NCBI GenBank assembly: GCA_937898755.1
Contig: CALEJU010000005.1
Location: 3,056 to 67,055, forward strand
Direction of reading: 5' to 3'
DNA from: an uncultured Acidobacteriota bacterium
GTDB lineage: Bacteria; Acidobacteriota; Terriglobia; Terriglobales; SCQP01
Length of the DNA: 64,000 bases
The position numbers and the translations under genes were made by a program. The notes under the pieces were generated by a model, which saw nothing but the letters and a program-made list of their open reading frames with translations, had not been told where the DNA came from and did not search any database. This document shows positions 1-9,271 of this stretch, piece by piece (the first letter of the stretch is position 1; the number at the start of each line of letters is the position of its first letter).

Positions 1-441
1 GACCAGCAGGGCTGGGACTGGATCGGCCTACAGCTCACGAGCGGCGCCCAGCCCTTTGACCTCTTGCTCTTCAACCTGCGCCGCAAGGACGGCGGTCGCG
101 ACCCCGCTTCGGCGGGCACCCTGCGCAACGCCGCCGCCCAGCAGAACCTCCCGGCGCTCGCGTTTACCATGACGCCCCTCGCCTGGTGGAAGAGCCCTCG
201 CACCGGCGGCCGTTACCCGATGGACTGGCATGTCTCCGTGCCGCGCGAGGGGCTGGAACTCGACATCCGGGCCGCCTTCAACGATCAGGAGCTGGCGGCC
301 CGGGCGGTGGGCGTGGAATATTGGGAGGGCGCCGTCGTGGTCACCGGCACGTCCCACGGGCAGCCGGTCCAGGGCCGCGGCTACCTCGAGATGACCGGCT
401 ACGCCCGCCCCTTCACCGCCCTGCAGGCGGGGCAGAGATAA
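1..441 (+). CDS. C-terminal part of a CrtC/AttH-like lipocalin-fold protein (5' end outside window)
   Basis: Frame 1 is open from base 1 to TAA at 439-441. The tail (...DWHVSVPREGLELDI...NDQEL...VEYWEGAVVVTG...GRGYLEMTGY) resembles the conserved C-terminus of the hydroxyneurosporene-synthase/AttH family as I remember it. Confidence 0.5.
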   Translation, partial: DQQGWDWIGLQLTSGAQPFDLLLFNLRRKDGGRDPASAGTLRNAAAQQNLPALAFTMTPLAWWKSPRTGGRYPMDWHVSVPREGLELDIRAAFNDQELAARAVGVEYWEGAVVVTGTSHGQPVQGRGYLEMTGYARPFTALQAGQR

Positions 442-450
442 AACATGCAG

Positions 451-470
451 CGCGAGGCGAGAGCCTCGCG
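451..470 (+). terminator. Perfect 8-bp GC hairpin (CGCGAGGC-GAGA-GCCTCGCG) 10 nt after the upstream stop; no U-tract
   Basis: Read directly from the sequence. The missing T-run makes an intrinsic-terminator role uncertain. Confidence 0.35.
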
Positions 471-472
471 AC

Positions 473-495
473 AAAATCCAACAACTAACAACCAA
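473..495 (-). repeat. Copy 1 of 23-nt exact core TTGGTTGTTAGTTGTTGGATTTT (here as reverse complement), heptad-periodic
   Basis: An identical 23-mer occurs at 20202..20224 (+) and 31778..31800 (-). This copy abuts the tadA ATG at 501. Confidence 0.9.
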
Positions 496-500
496 CATCC

Positions 501-1046
501 ATGAAAAAGCCCACCCCCGAGGAACTCGCCGCGCTCCAAGCGCAGGACGATCTCGCGCACATGCAGGCGGCGATCGAGCTGGCGCGCGGCGCGGCGCTGG
601 CGGGCGAGGTGCCGGTGGGGGCGCTGGTGGTCGGGCCGCAGGGTGACGTGCTGGGCCGCGGCTACAACCGCACCCGGCTCGACGTCGATCCCAGCGCCCA
701 CGCCGAGATCGTCGCGCTGCGCGAGGCCGCCTGGCGGGTCGGCAATCATCGCCTGGGCGGCTGCGTGCTCTACGTCACGCTGGAACCCTGCGCCATGTGC
801 GCCGGCGCCATCATCCAAGCTCGCTTGGCGGCCGTGGTCTATGGCGCCGACGACCCCAAAGCGGGCGCCCTGCGCAGCGTGCTGCAGCTTGCGGCGCACC
901 CGCAGCTCAACCACCGCTTCGCGGTGCGCGCCGGCGTGGCCGGCGCAGCCTGCGCCACACTGCTGCGCGAGTTCTTCCAGCAGCGCCGAAGCCCGGACCG
1001 CGCCGCGCCCCTCGCCGACTTGGAATCGCCGGAAGCCGGGGAGTGA
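501..1046 (+). CDS. tadA: tRNA-specific adenosine deaminase
   Basis: CMP/dCMP-type zinc deaminase motifs HAEIVALREA and LEPCAMCAGAI. Size 181 aa and position next to a tRNA gene fit. Confidence 0.9.
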   Translation: MKKPTPEELAALQAQDDLAHMQAAIELARGAALAGEVPVGALVVGPQGDVLGRGYNRTRLDVDPSAHAEIVALREAAWRVGNHRLGGCVLYVTLEPCAMCAGAIIQARLAAVVYGADDPKAGALRSVLQLAAHPQLNHRFAVRAGVAGAACATLLREFFQQRRSPDRAAPLADLESPEAGE

Positions 1047-1112
1047 GGCGCCGGACCCGACCTTTATCCCCGCAGCACTTTCCCTTCGCCCGGTATAATC
1101 AGAGGCTGCTGC

Positions 1113-1202
1113 GGAGAGGTGGCCGAGTGGTTGAAGGCGCGCGCCTCGAAAGCGTGTATACCTTAACGGGTATCGGGGGTTCGAATCCCTCCCTCTCCGC
1201 CA
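1113..1202 (+). tRNA. tRNA-Ser (anticodon CGA), CCA encoded
   Basis: Acceptor GGAGAGG/CCTCTCC, anticodon stem CGCGC/GCGTG with loop CTCGAAA, long variable arm, T-loop GGTTCGAATCC, 3' GCCA. Confidence 0.9.
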
Positions 1203-1823
1203 TTACTCTCTTAGGATGCCCTTCGCCTGCGCTGCCACACGGCCATTCAGCGCACCGACCAACTACAACGCCTCAGATCGATCTCACGAAATGAACTGGT
1301 AGTACACTGACCAAACAGTGCAAGCTGCAGGTAAGACAGGGGGTGCAGGTGTCGTTCACTTTTGACAACCTGGATATGCGCACGCGAGGTGCGATGGACT
1401 AGGAGCTCGACCATGATATTTCTGAAGGGACGCTCTACATCAGCCCTCGCTTGAATACTCAGGGCCAGGCGCTGTGGGCGGATCTCCTCCGCCAGACCAT
1501 TCAGGCGCACGACGAGACGTGGCTTGCAGCTCAGTTGAGAGATCGCGCGCTGCTCAATACTCACGAAGAGCGACGAAAGCCAAAAAGGCCTTACCGTTCG
1601 GTTGCCCCGATGAAACCTATGACCAGCGCGGCAGACCGTTCGCTCTGTGTATGAGGCGTGCGACTTCTTTGTGGATGAGTTGGAGGAGTTCCGGTGCCGG
1701 CTCGGAGAGGTGGCCAACGCGGCCCTTAATTGACATGCCGACGGATCAGGGTAAAATCAAAGAGGATCAAAAGATCCGGGAACTCTACCGCTTGGGGGCT
1801 TCGCAAGAAGTCCCCTTTGCTTT

Positions 1824-2585
1824 TTAGCGGCTCTCCCGCATTTCCTTTTTCCAGCAGATAAAGTCGCGGATTTTCTGGATGTCGTAGATCACGAGCCCTC
1901 GCGCGCGCAGGGCGTTGAGTTCCGCTGCAACCCTTCTCGCGGTGGCGAAAAGGTAGACTCGCTTGTCATGGGCAAGCAGTTCTTCTATGGGTCCGGCGAA
2001 GTCGCTGTCGCCGCTCCAAAGGACGAATGTTTCCGCACGCCCTCGATCAAAGTCCCGCAGTAGGTCTCGGCCGATTTCAACGTCGAAATTGCACTTCCGA
2101 TCTTCGAGCCACAGAGCGCCAGCGCGGTTCAGTTCGCGGAGCCGGTCGTTGAGGTACGTGATCGCTTCCAGTTTTAGCTGCCGGAGAAGCGGCGTCCGGA
2201 TAAAACTGTTCACGATGTCGGGCGAATCCGGCGCCACGCTCGAGACATCGATCGAGAGCCGCATGATTTTCACCGGCTTGGTATGCACCTCGTACCCTGC
2301 GGCATTCGCCTCGCGAACGAGGTTCTCCGAGTCATCGTCGCCAACAAGCGTTCCCTGATAGAGCTTGACCGCGCCGATGGCGTCAAATGAATCAAAGAAC
2401 TGCTTCAGCCGCTTGAGATCGACGTGCCACCCGAGCCGCACTGACCACGGCCTCACGTTCGCGTAATCGATGTACACGTTGGTCGGGCGGTCGAAGACCG
2501 CCTTGAGCTCGACGATGCGGCCAGCATACCGTTCCGCCAACCTGACAATGCGCTCTGTTTTCGGCGTAAATGTCACGCTGTTCAT
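1824..2585 (-). CDS. NYN-domain (LabA/DUF88-like) putative RNase
   Basis: 253 aa. N-terminal VYIDYANV and later FVLWSGDSDFAGPIE match the NYN/PIN-like acidic signature. The gene lies in a visibly lower-GC islet after tRNA-Ser. Confidence 0.65.
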   Translation of the reverse strand: MNSVTFTPKTERIVRLAERYAGRIVELKAVFDRPTNVYIDYANVRPWSVRLGWHVDLKRLKQFFDSFDAIGAVKLYQGTLVGDDDSENLVREANAAGYEVHTKPVKIMRLSIDVSSVAPDSPDIVNSFIRTPLLRQLKLEAITYLNDRLRELNRAGALWLEDRKCNFDVEIGRDLLRDFDRGRAETFVLWSGDSDFAGPIEELLAHDKRVYLFATARRVAAELNALRARGLVIYDIQKIRDFICWKKEMRESR

Positions 2586-2814
2586 TATGAGCTTGCCGGC
2601 GAATCACGCAAGGTCACAGCCGCACTCGCCCGCTTGCCGGAATCATCGCCATCGGTCGCCGGGGAACCATTGCAAAACCCCAAGAAATCCTTAGACTTAA
2701 TGCGTACTTACCATGCCGAGAATGGATGCCCGCCGGCCGCACTCAACATGGAGGGCGTCAGTGCACCGGCCGGTGCTTTCACTTCACCTGAGGACCACGC
2801 AACCGATCTTGGAA

Positions 2815-2970
2815 AGCGAGCGACGCACGCGGAAGCGCCGCGTGGATCCCAATCTCCGGGCTTGGGGTTGGGAGGTCGTGTCTTTCGACGCCGGGAAGCC
2901 GCTCAGCGGCCACCAAAGGCACGCGATCGAGGAGTATCCGACTGTGAACGGTCCGGCGGACTACGCGCTC
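2815..2970 (+). pseudogene. Relic of a type I restriction enzyme HsdR N-terminal domain
   Basis: SERRTRKRRVDPNLRAWGWEV...AIEEYPTVNGPADYAL resembles the HsdR_N pattern (E..TR..IDP.L...GW.V ... E.PT..G.ADYAL). The similarity stops abruptly, with no helicase part following. Confidence 0.4.
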
Positions 2971-3143
2971 GTCACCGTTCTCGCCTCTGCGATGTGCTCT
3001 ACCTCTGTCACCGGCTCTAATTATGTCATCCACCGGCCAATGACTAGGCCAATGGCCAGGCTATAAAAACGACTTGCCGTCCCGCTTTGGCACTCCTCCC
3101 GATGCCCCCACAGCCGCGCCCCTGCGTGGCCGACGCGCCAGCG

Positions 3144-5435
3144 TCAGCGCGGATCTCCGTACACGATGCCGCGACCGTGCGTGCCGACGTAAACGCGTCC
3201 GAATCGCTTGGGGTCGCCGGTAATCTGCAGGATGAGTCCCCACTGGTGCTGGTCGTCGTTGATCCTCACCCAGCTCCGCCCATCATCCGTCGAACGAAAG
3301 ATGCCGCGCTGGCCCGCGATTGTTCCCACCAAGTACAGCGCCGGAAACGTCTGGTGGGGCGCCGCTTTGCCGAAGCCGAAGGCGTGAATTTGCTCGACCT
3401 CAGGCATTCGGACGAACGTGGTCGCGCCGGTACCAGTCCCCGGCGTCGCATGGTACAAGCCGTCGAAGGCCGCCAGCCAGAGATCCCCGGATCGTCCCGG
3501 CGCGAGGTAGAGGCGGTCCTGACCTCCCCGGTTGTCACCGCGTGACGACGAGGCGGATGCGATCGGGCGATCCGGAAGCGTGAAGCTCTGCGCGGTGAAG
3601 GTGGCTGCTCCGTCGGTGCTCTTGTACAGCGTGTGGGCGGCGAGCGACAGGGCGTAAAACGCCCGCGGGTTGACCGGGTCGGCGATCACCCGCAGGCCGG
3701 CAGCCAGACCCTGCGCGGGCGTCCAAGTCACGCCGCGGTCGCGCGTGAATGAGGCCGACGCGCGTTCCGGGGTCCAGACCCAGGTGTTGCCGTCGGCCGA
3801 GACCGCAATCGAGCCGGACCGGCTGTCGGGCGTCGGCGCGGCCGCCGTGGCGCCCCACGTCCGGCCCCCGTCGAGCGAGTAGCTGATGTTATTCCCGGTC
3901 GTGTGATGGGCATTGACGCCGACCCGCACCACCACCTCCGGGCGCAGACTGCCGGAGGCGACCCCGGTGGTATTGCCGAAGCGCGGCGGCGCCGAGGCCC
4001 CCTCCGGTGCCGGGTGGTCAAGGTCCCAGTGCACGAACCCCCCGTAATCACCGATGGCGCTGATAAGGTGCGCGCCCCGCGGCGGGCTGTCCAGTTCCAG
4101 AGCCACGGTCTCCTCGATGCCCGCGGCCAAAATGCTCCAATGCGTCGGCGCGCCGCGATCGACCGCAGTCAGGTCGAAGGTCTCCCATCCGCCGTAGCCG
4201 GTCGTGAACACGGCGTGGTCGGAGTTGGTGGGGTCGATCTCGATGTCGAAGAGCCAGTGAATCGGGGTGCTCTTCACATAAGGCGCAAGACGGTAGTCGT
4301 AGAGGCCCCCGCCGCCGAAAACCGGCTTCCAACTCGTACCGCCGTCGGTCGAGCGGAAGATGTCCTCGCTACCTGCCGATCCCGGTCGACCGAACGAGCT
4401 GGCGATCAGGGTCCGGGGATGCTGCGCATCGACTGAAACAGCCGCGTACCCGAACTCCTTGCTGCCCGGCGTCGGGTGGTCCGGGGTGATGTCGGTCCAA
4501 ACCCCGTCGTGGGTATCGAGCCTCCACACCGCTCCATCCGTCATGCGCGAGGGCCCCGGGGCGGTGCCGTAGGCGACGTAGAGGATTCCGTCCGTCGCAA
4601 GCGCGGCGCGCTCCGGCCGATACTTCATTGGCTCTCCCGCGATCTCATGCCAGCTTGCACCATCGTCGGTCGAGGCAAACAGGTTGGGCCGGTTCATCAA
4701 CGAGACGCCCGCGTAGATCGTCTCGCGGCTCCTTCCCGGCCCGGCGCCGAACTTCACGAAGTCGATGCCGCTCCCGAGGACCGGCCTGCGTCGCCAGCGC
4801 TGCTGCGGCGTCTCGCCGGGGACGCTGGGCGGTGTGGCTGGGACGGCCTCGGTGATTTCGGGAAAACCACTGACCCGCGCCCAGGTCGCGCCGCGATCAC
4901 GGGAGCGCCAGAGCCCGTCGTGACGGGTGCCCAGGTAGAGAACGCGACCGTCCTTCGGATCGACGGCGAGTCGCTCGCCGTTGCCGCGGCCGTCTTCGTT
5001 CCCGCCAAACTTGAAGGGAACATCGGCGCGCTGGAAGCTCCGGCCGCGGTTGTTGGAGCGAAGGATGGCGCCATTCGGGGTGCGCGAATTCGTGTAGGTC
5101 CCACACGCGAGATAGACGCGGTTGGGATCCTGCGGATCAACTGCAATCGACTCGACTCCCATCAGATTGAGGTCTTTGTACGGCACCCAGTCCATCATCG
5201 GCTGCCAGCGCCGCGTCGCGGTGTCCCAGCGGTAGGCGCCACCAATGTCCGTTCGGGCGTAGCGAACATCCGGTGCAGTGGGGTGAAAAATGACTCCATC
5301 CACAAAACCGCCACCGACGATCTGAACGTTTTTCCACGTGTAGGGCGTCTGATTCGCAGCCTGTGCCGAACCTGCAATCACGAAGAGCAGCAGTACAAGA
5401 GTTGAAACTCTGAATGGATTCATGTCCGCGTTCAT
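3144..5435 (-). CDS. Secreted BNR/Asp-box repeat glycoside hydrolase, GH74 (xyloglucanase)-like
   Basis: Signal peptide ...LLLFVIAGSAQA. At least seven S-x-D-x-G-x-(T/S)-W type boxes (SRDRGATW, STDDGASW, STDGGTSW, SLDGGRTW, TRDRGVTW, STDGAATF, STDDGRSW). 763 aa. Confidence 0.7.
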   Translation of the reverse strand: MNADMNPFRVSTLVLLLFVIAGSAQAANQTPYTWKNVQIVGGGFVDGVIFHPTAPDVRYARTDIGGAYRWDTATRRWQPMMDWVPYKDLNLMGVESIAVDPQDPNRVYLACGTYTNSRTPNGAILRSNNRGRSFQRADVPFKFGGNEDGRGNGERLAVDPKDGRVLYLGTRHDGLWRSRDRGATWARVSGFPEITEAVPATPPSVPGETPQQRWRRRPVLGSGIDFVKFGAGPGRSRETIYAGVSLMNRPNLFASTDDGASWHEIAGEPMKYRPERAALATDGILYVAYGTAPGPSRMTDGAVWRLDTHDGVWTDITPDHPTPGSKEFGYAAVSVDAQHPRTLIASSFGRPGSAGSEDIFRSTDGGTSWKPVFGGGGLYDYRLAPYVKSTPIHWLFDIEIDPTNSDHAVFTTGYGGWETFDLTAVDRGAPTHWSILAAGIEETVALELDSPPRGAHLISAIGDYGGFVHWDLDHPAPEGASAPPRFGNTTGVASGSLRPEVVVRVGVNAHHTTGNNISYSLDGGRTWGATAAAPTPDSRSGSIAVSADGNTWVWTPERASASFTRDRGVTWTPAQGLAAGLRVIADPVNPRAFYALSLAAHTLYKSTDGAATFTAQSFTLPDRPIASASSSRGDNRGGQDRLYLAPGRSGDLWLAAFDGLYHATPGTGTGATTFVRMPEVEQIHAFGFGKAAPHQTFPALYLVGTIAGQRGIFRSTDDGRSWVRINDDQHQWGLILQITGDPKRFGRVYVGTHGRGIVYGDPR

Positions 5436-5653
5436 TGCCTCGCCTGCATACAGAAGGATTGTTTAGCGAAAGACGTTATCGCAGCTTCACGCGGAGTTCG
5501 GTTCCCGCATACTGCACGATCTTCAGAGGAGTGGGCGTGAGCGAGAACACATTCAGCATGCTATGGCCTCCCACGGGTTAGAGGGTGCTTTCGAGTCGAG
5601 GCAGAAAGCCCTGACTGCCAGGCACGATCAGGATTTCGGCAAGTCGATGCCAC

Positions 5654-7042
5654 TCACAATTCCATGGCGATGTAGTCCACCCGCTGCGCGGCGCCGGCCA
5701 GAGGCGGTAACTCGGCGCGCGAGCCGCAGAATGTCACAGCCAACTCCACCTGCGCCAGACTCAACGTGGCCGCCCGCGTCTGCCCGCCCACTTGCACCAA
5801 GGCCAGGTACTGGAGGATGGGGTACAAGAGCTGCGCCGCTGGGGCGAGCGGAAAGACCGGGCCAGCCGCGGCCGCTGCGTCCGGCTCGTTTCCCGCGACC
5901 GGGTTCAGGCCCTCAAACGTCAACCAGATCTCAGTTTCGGCCAGTTCGGCCACCAGCGAGGCGCAAAGCGTAATGGCGCGCTCTGCCTGGGCATCACTGT
6001 AATCGCCTGCGCCCAGGGCAAAGACGAGGTGCACACGGCGATCCTCTTCGCGGCTGAACTCGCGCACGCGCAAGTGACCGGTCTTGGCGCTCGCCTTCCA
6101 GTGCACCAGGCGGCTGCTGTCGCCCGGCTGCAGGGGCCGGACGCGATACAGATCCTGGCCGGCGCCGGGGCGCGGGCGGACCTGCTCGCCAACCCCGAGC
6201 GGCAGCGTCGTCAGCAGCCGCGCGTCGCGCGCCAGGCTGGGATATACCAAGAGGGATCCACCGCCATCCGCGGCACGAAAGGGACGGGACTTGTCAATGA
6301 GCGCAAAGGGGTAGCGCGTACCCAGCGCAAAGGCGGCGCTGGCGTAGCGTCCCCGTTGCGGAAAGCGCACCGTGCTACACACCGTGGCGCGGCTTCGACG
6401 CGGAACATAGGGAAAGTACGCCGGCTGCACTTCCAGTTCGCCAGAAGCAAGGTCACTGCGCCGTCGACCCCGGAGCCGTCGGCGGCGCGTGCGCAACGGC
6501 GCGCTGAGAGGCACGAGGCGGCGTGCGTTCCCAGTCACGGTCACCGAATAGCTGGGTAGCACCGCTTTTTCGTTCTCAAGCGTCAGTTCAACGGGAGTGT
6601 CCTCCCCGGCGAAGATGTGTGCCGGCATCTGGAAATGCAGCGCCATGCCACTGAGGTTCAGCGCCGAGGCCAAGCCGGAAGTGGCCAGGGCCGCCAGGAA
6701 CGCCGCCACGATGAGGTAGAGCAGGTTGTTGCCCGAGTTGATGGCAGCCACCAACAAAATCAGCAGCGCCACCAGGAACGGCAGCCCGGCGGCAGTAAAG
6801 CGGTATTGGACGCGTCCGCGCATCCAACGTCCCAGAATGCTGCGGCGGAACAGGGGCGGCAGGCTGATCAGGCTGATCACGCCCAGCACAAGCAGGGAGG
6901 CCGCGGCGAGGGCCGCTCGGAGCACTCCGGGAGGTACAAATCCCGCCGCCACGGCCAGCAGAAACGCCCCTCCCAGGCCGGCGCTGACCATGAGCCCGTG
7001 CCGCCAACTCCACTCCTCCACTCGCTTCTCGGCACGTGGCAT
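5654..7042 (-). CDS. DUF58-family protein with N-terminal transmembrane segments
   Basis: LVHWKASAKTGHLRVREF matches the DUF58 hallmark (.DW.ASAR.G.L.V.EF). Three hydrophobic helices lie in the first ~130 aa. Confidence 0.7.
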   Translation of the reverse strand: MPRAEKRVEEWSWRHGLMVSAGLGGAFLLAVAAGFVPPGVLRAALAAASLLVLGVISLISLPPLFRRSILGRWMRGRVQYRFTAAGLPFLVALLILLVAAINSGNNLLYLIVAAFLAALATSGLASALNLSGMALHFQMPAHIFAGEDTPVELTLENEKAVLPSYSVTVTGNARRLVPLSAPLRTRRRRLRGRRRSDLASGELEVQPAYFPYVPRRSRATVCSTVRFPQRGRYASAAFALGTRYPFALIDKSRPFRAADGGGSLLVYPSLARDARLLTTLPLGVGEQVRPRPGAGQDLYRVRPLQPGDSSRLVHWKASAKTGHLRVREFSREEDRRVHLVFALGAGDYSDAQAERAITLCASLVAELAETEIWLTFEGLNPVAGNEPDAAAAAGPVFPLAPAAQLLYPILQYLALVQVGGQTRAATLSLAQVELAVTFCGSRAELPPLAGAAQRVDYIAMEL

Positions 7043-7178
7043 GCGGCCATGCTATCGGAAAAGACGCCGGCACGTCGGCCCCCTCCGCGCGAAACGGCTC
7101 GACTCGGCCGCCCATCGTCCACCGCCCACGTTCTTCCCTCTCTCTCGCTGCGTCTGGTAAACTCGAAATCTCGCGTTG

Positions 7179-7255
7179 GGGCGCCTAGCTCAGTTGGTTA
7201 GAGCGCCGCCTTCACACGGCGGAGGTCATAGGTTCGAGTCCTATGGCGCCCACCA
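7179..7255 (+). tRNA. tRNA-Val (anticodon CAC), CCA encoded
   Basis: GGGCGCC/GGCGCCC acceptor, D-arm GCTCAGTTGGTTAGAGC, anticodon stem CCGCC/GGCGG with loop TTCACAC, T-loop GGTTCGAGTCC. Confidence 0.9.
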
Positions 7256-7317
7256 TGCCTCCCTCTGCCCCGTGGGTGGTCTGCTGCGCGGGGATCGGTG
7301 AGGGGCCGGAGGAGCCT

Positions 7318-7851
7318 ATGCGGATCACGCTCGGGGAACTGGAATTGCACCCGGTTGCGATCAGCACCACCTTCTCTGAGGGCACACTGGACCTCCAGCC
7401 GGCCGAGTGGACCTTGAAAGGGCCGCTCACGGTGACGGGGGAAGCCACCCTGTCGGGCATGGACATCGTGTTGCGACTGCGCCTCGCGGGGCAGGTCACG
7501 GCGCCGTGTGCACGTTGCCTGGAAGAGGTGGTCTTCGACTTGCAGCTTGAGCTGCAGCTGGTCTACCAGCCAGACTCCGAGATGGGCGACGCCCCGGAAG
7601 TCGAGATCCATACCGCCGACACCGAGATCGGGTTTTTCCAGGGCGACGGAGTCGATCTGGAGGATGTGGTCCGTGAGCAGGTGCTCCTGGGGGCGCCCAT
7701 GCGTGCCTTGTGCCGCGAGGCCTGCCAGGGGATTTGTCCGCAGTGCGGGCTGAACCGCAATGCCGGCACCTGTACCTGTGAGCGCGCCGCGGACGCGCGC
7801 TGGGAAGCGCTGGCCCGCTTGCGCGACCTGCCGCAGTCCGGGCGGTCCTGA
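7318..7851 (+). CDS. yceD: DUF177/YceD-family protein (large-subunit rRNA accumulation protein)
   Basis: Sits directly upstream of rpmF as in many bacteria. Cys clusters CARCLEEV and CQGICPQCG. I chose the ATG at 7318 (GGAGG 5-9 nt upstream) because the longer ORF start at 7243 overlaps tRNA-Val. Confidence 0.75.
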   Translation: MRITLGELELHPVAISTTFSEGTLDLQPAEWTLKGPLTVTGEATLSGMDIVLRLRLAGQVTAPCARCLEEVVFDLQLELQLVYQPDSEMGDAPEVEIHTADTEIGFFQGDGVDLEDVVREQVLLGAPMRALCREACQGICPQCGLNRNAGTCTCERAADARWEALARLRDLPQSGRS

Positions 7852-7924
7852 CCGCCGCACGAGTTCAATGGCCTCCCGCTGCCGGAAGGTCTCCAGACCG
7901 GAACGAAACGATTGGAGTTGTCCG

Positions 7925-8110
7925 ATGCCTAATCCGAAACGCCGCCACTCGCACCAACGCAAGAACAGCCGCCGCGCGCACGACTTTTTGACGACGCGCT
8001 CGCTTTCCGAATGCCCCAATTGTCACGAGACCAAACTGCCGCATCGTGCCTGCGCCAAGTGCGGCCATTACCGGGATCGCGAGATCTTCGCCGTCACGGA
8101 GAAGAAGTAG
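7925..8110 (+). CDS. rpmF: 50S ribosomal protein L32
   Basis: MPNPKRRHSHQRKNSRRAH...CPNCHE...CAKCGHY is the typical L32 N-terminus and zinc-ribbon. Start taken at the internal ATG of the 7760 ORF. Confidence 0.9.
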   Translation: MPNPKRRHSHQRKNSRRAHDFLTTRSLSECPNCHETKLPHRACAKCGHYRDREIFAVTEKK

Positions 8111-8168
8111 TCCGCGCCGATCGCGCTCCGGACTCGTTGCCCGCGCCGGCCCGGTGTCCCACTCGCCC

Positions 8169-9224
8169 ATGAGTTCCCTCTCCCCCGAACTGCCCATCGC
8201 CCTGGACGCGATGGGCAGCGACCTCGCCCCTCAGCCGGAGTTGGAAGGAGCGCTGGAAGCTGCCCGCGAAAGCGGCACCCGCATCCTGCTGGTCGGGCTG
8301 GTGGAGGAGCTGCAGCAGGCGCTCGACGCCCATGCCGGCCCGGAGCGCGAGCTGATCGAGCTCGTGTCCGCCACCGAGGTCATCCGCATGGATGAGAAGG
8401 TGATGAGGGCGGTGCGCAGCAAGAAAGACTCCTCGATTCACGTCGCCTGCCGCCTGGTGCGCGATGGACGCGCCGCCGCCGTGGTCAGCGCCGGCAATAC
8501 CGGCGCCGTCATGGCCACCGCCAAGATGATTCTCGGCAGCCTGCCGGGTGTGCAGCGGCCCGCCCTCGCCGCCGCTTTCCCCACCGCCGCCGGCACCGCC
8601 GCCGTGCTCCTCGATGTCGGCGCCAACGTCGACTGCCGCGCGGAACATCTCGAACAGTTCGGCATCATGGGCGAGATCTTTTACCGCGCCAAGTTCCATG
8701 CCCCGCGACCGCGGGTCGGACTGCTCTCCATCGGCGAGGAGGAGTCCAAGGGCAACGAGCTGACGCGCGAGGCGTTCGGGCTGCTCAAGGCCCTGCCCAT
8801 TGACTTCATCGGCAATGTCGAGGGCCGCGACCTTTACAACGGCCAGGTGGACGTGATCGTGTGCGACGGCTTCGTGGGAAACGTGGCGCTCAAGATCAGC
8901 GAAGGCCTGGTGGAGACGGTGCGCACCCTGCTGAAGGAAGCGTTGGGGGGCTCACTGGCCGGCAAGGTGGGCTACGCCCTGTCGCGCAAAGCCTACGCCG
9001 AGTTCAAGAAGCGACTCGACTATACCGAGTACGGTGGCGCGCCGCTGCTTGGTCTGCGCGGGGTGGTCACCGTCTCACACGGCAGCTCCAACGCCAACGC
9101 CATCAAGAACGCCATCCGCGTCGCCCGTGAACTCTATCAGCAGAATCTCACCGATCAGATCACCCGTGAAATCGCACGATTACGCGCCAGCACGGTCGCG
9201 CAATCGGTTGAGGGTGACACGTAG
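8169..9224 (+). CDS. plsX: Phosphate acyltransferase PlsX
   Basis: IALDAMGSDLAP, VVSAGNTGA, GNVEGRD, CDGFVGNV and HGSSNA motifs. Classic position after rpmF. Confidence 0.9.
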   Translation: MSSLSPELPIALDAMGSDLAPQPELEGALEAARESGTRILLVGLVEELQQALDAHAGPERELIELVSATEVIRMDEKVMRAVRSKKDSSIHVACRLVRDGRAAAVVSAGNTGAVMATAKMILGSLPGVQRPALAAAFPTAAGTAAVLLDVGANVDCRAEHLEQFGIMGEIFYRAKFHAPRPRVGLLSIGEEESKGNELTREAFGLLKALPIDFIGNVEGRDLYNGQVDVIVCDGFVGNVALKISEGLVETVRTLLKEALGGSLAGKVGYALSRKAYAEFKKRLDYTEYGGAPLLGLRGVVTVSHGSSNANAIKNAIRVARELYQQNLTDQITREIARLRASTVAQSVEGDT

Positions 9225-9271
9225 AGGGGGGAAATTCCGGCGCGGAGACGCGCCACCGTGGCGACTACCGC

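Noticed and set aside
1247-1717. The 156-aa minus-strand ORF next to tRNA-Ser, and the overlapping plus-strand ORFs 1451..1654 and 1474..1827.
   Set aside because: No recognisable family. Protein-like stretches appear in several frames separated by stops, which fits pseudogene debris. Not called as a gene.
7243-7317. The upstream extension of the yceD ORF starting at 7243.
   Set aside because: It overlaps the 3' end of tRNA-Val (7179..7255). A good ATG with GGAGG exists at 7318 and matches the usual DUF177 length.
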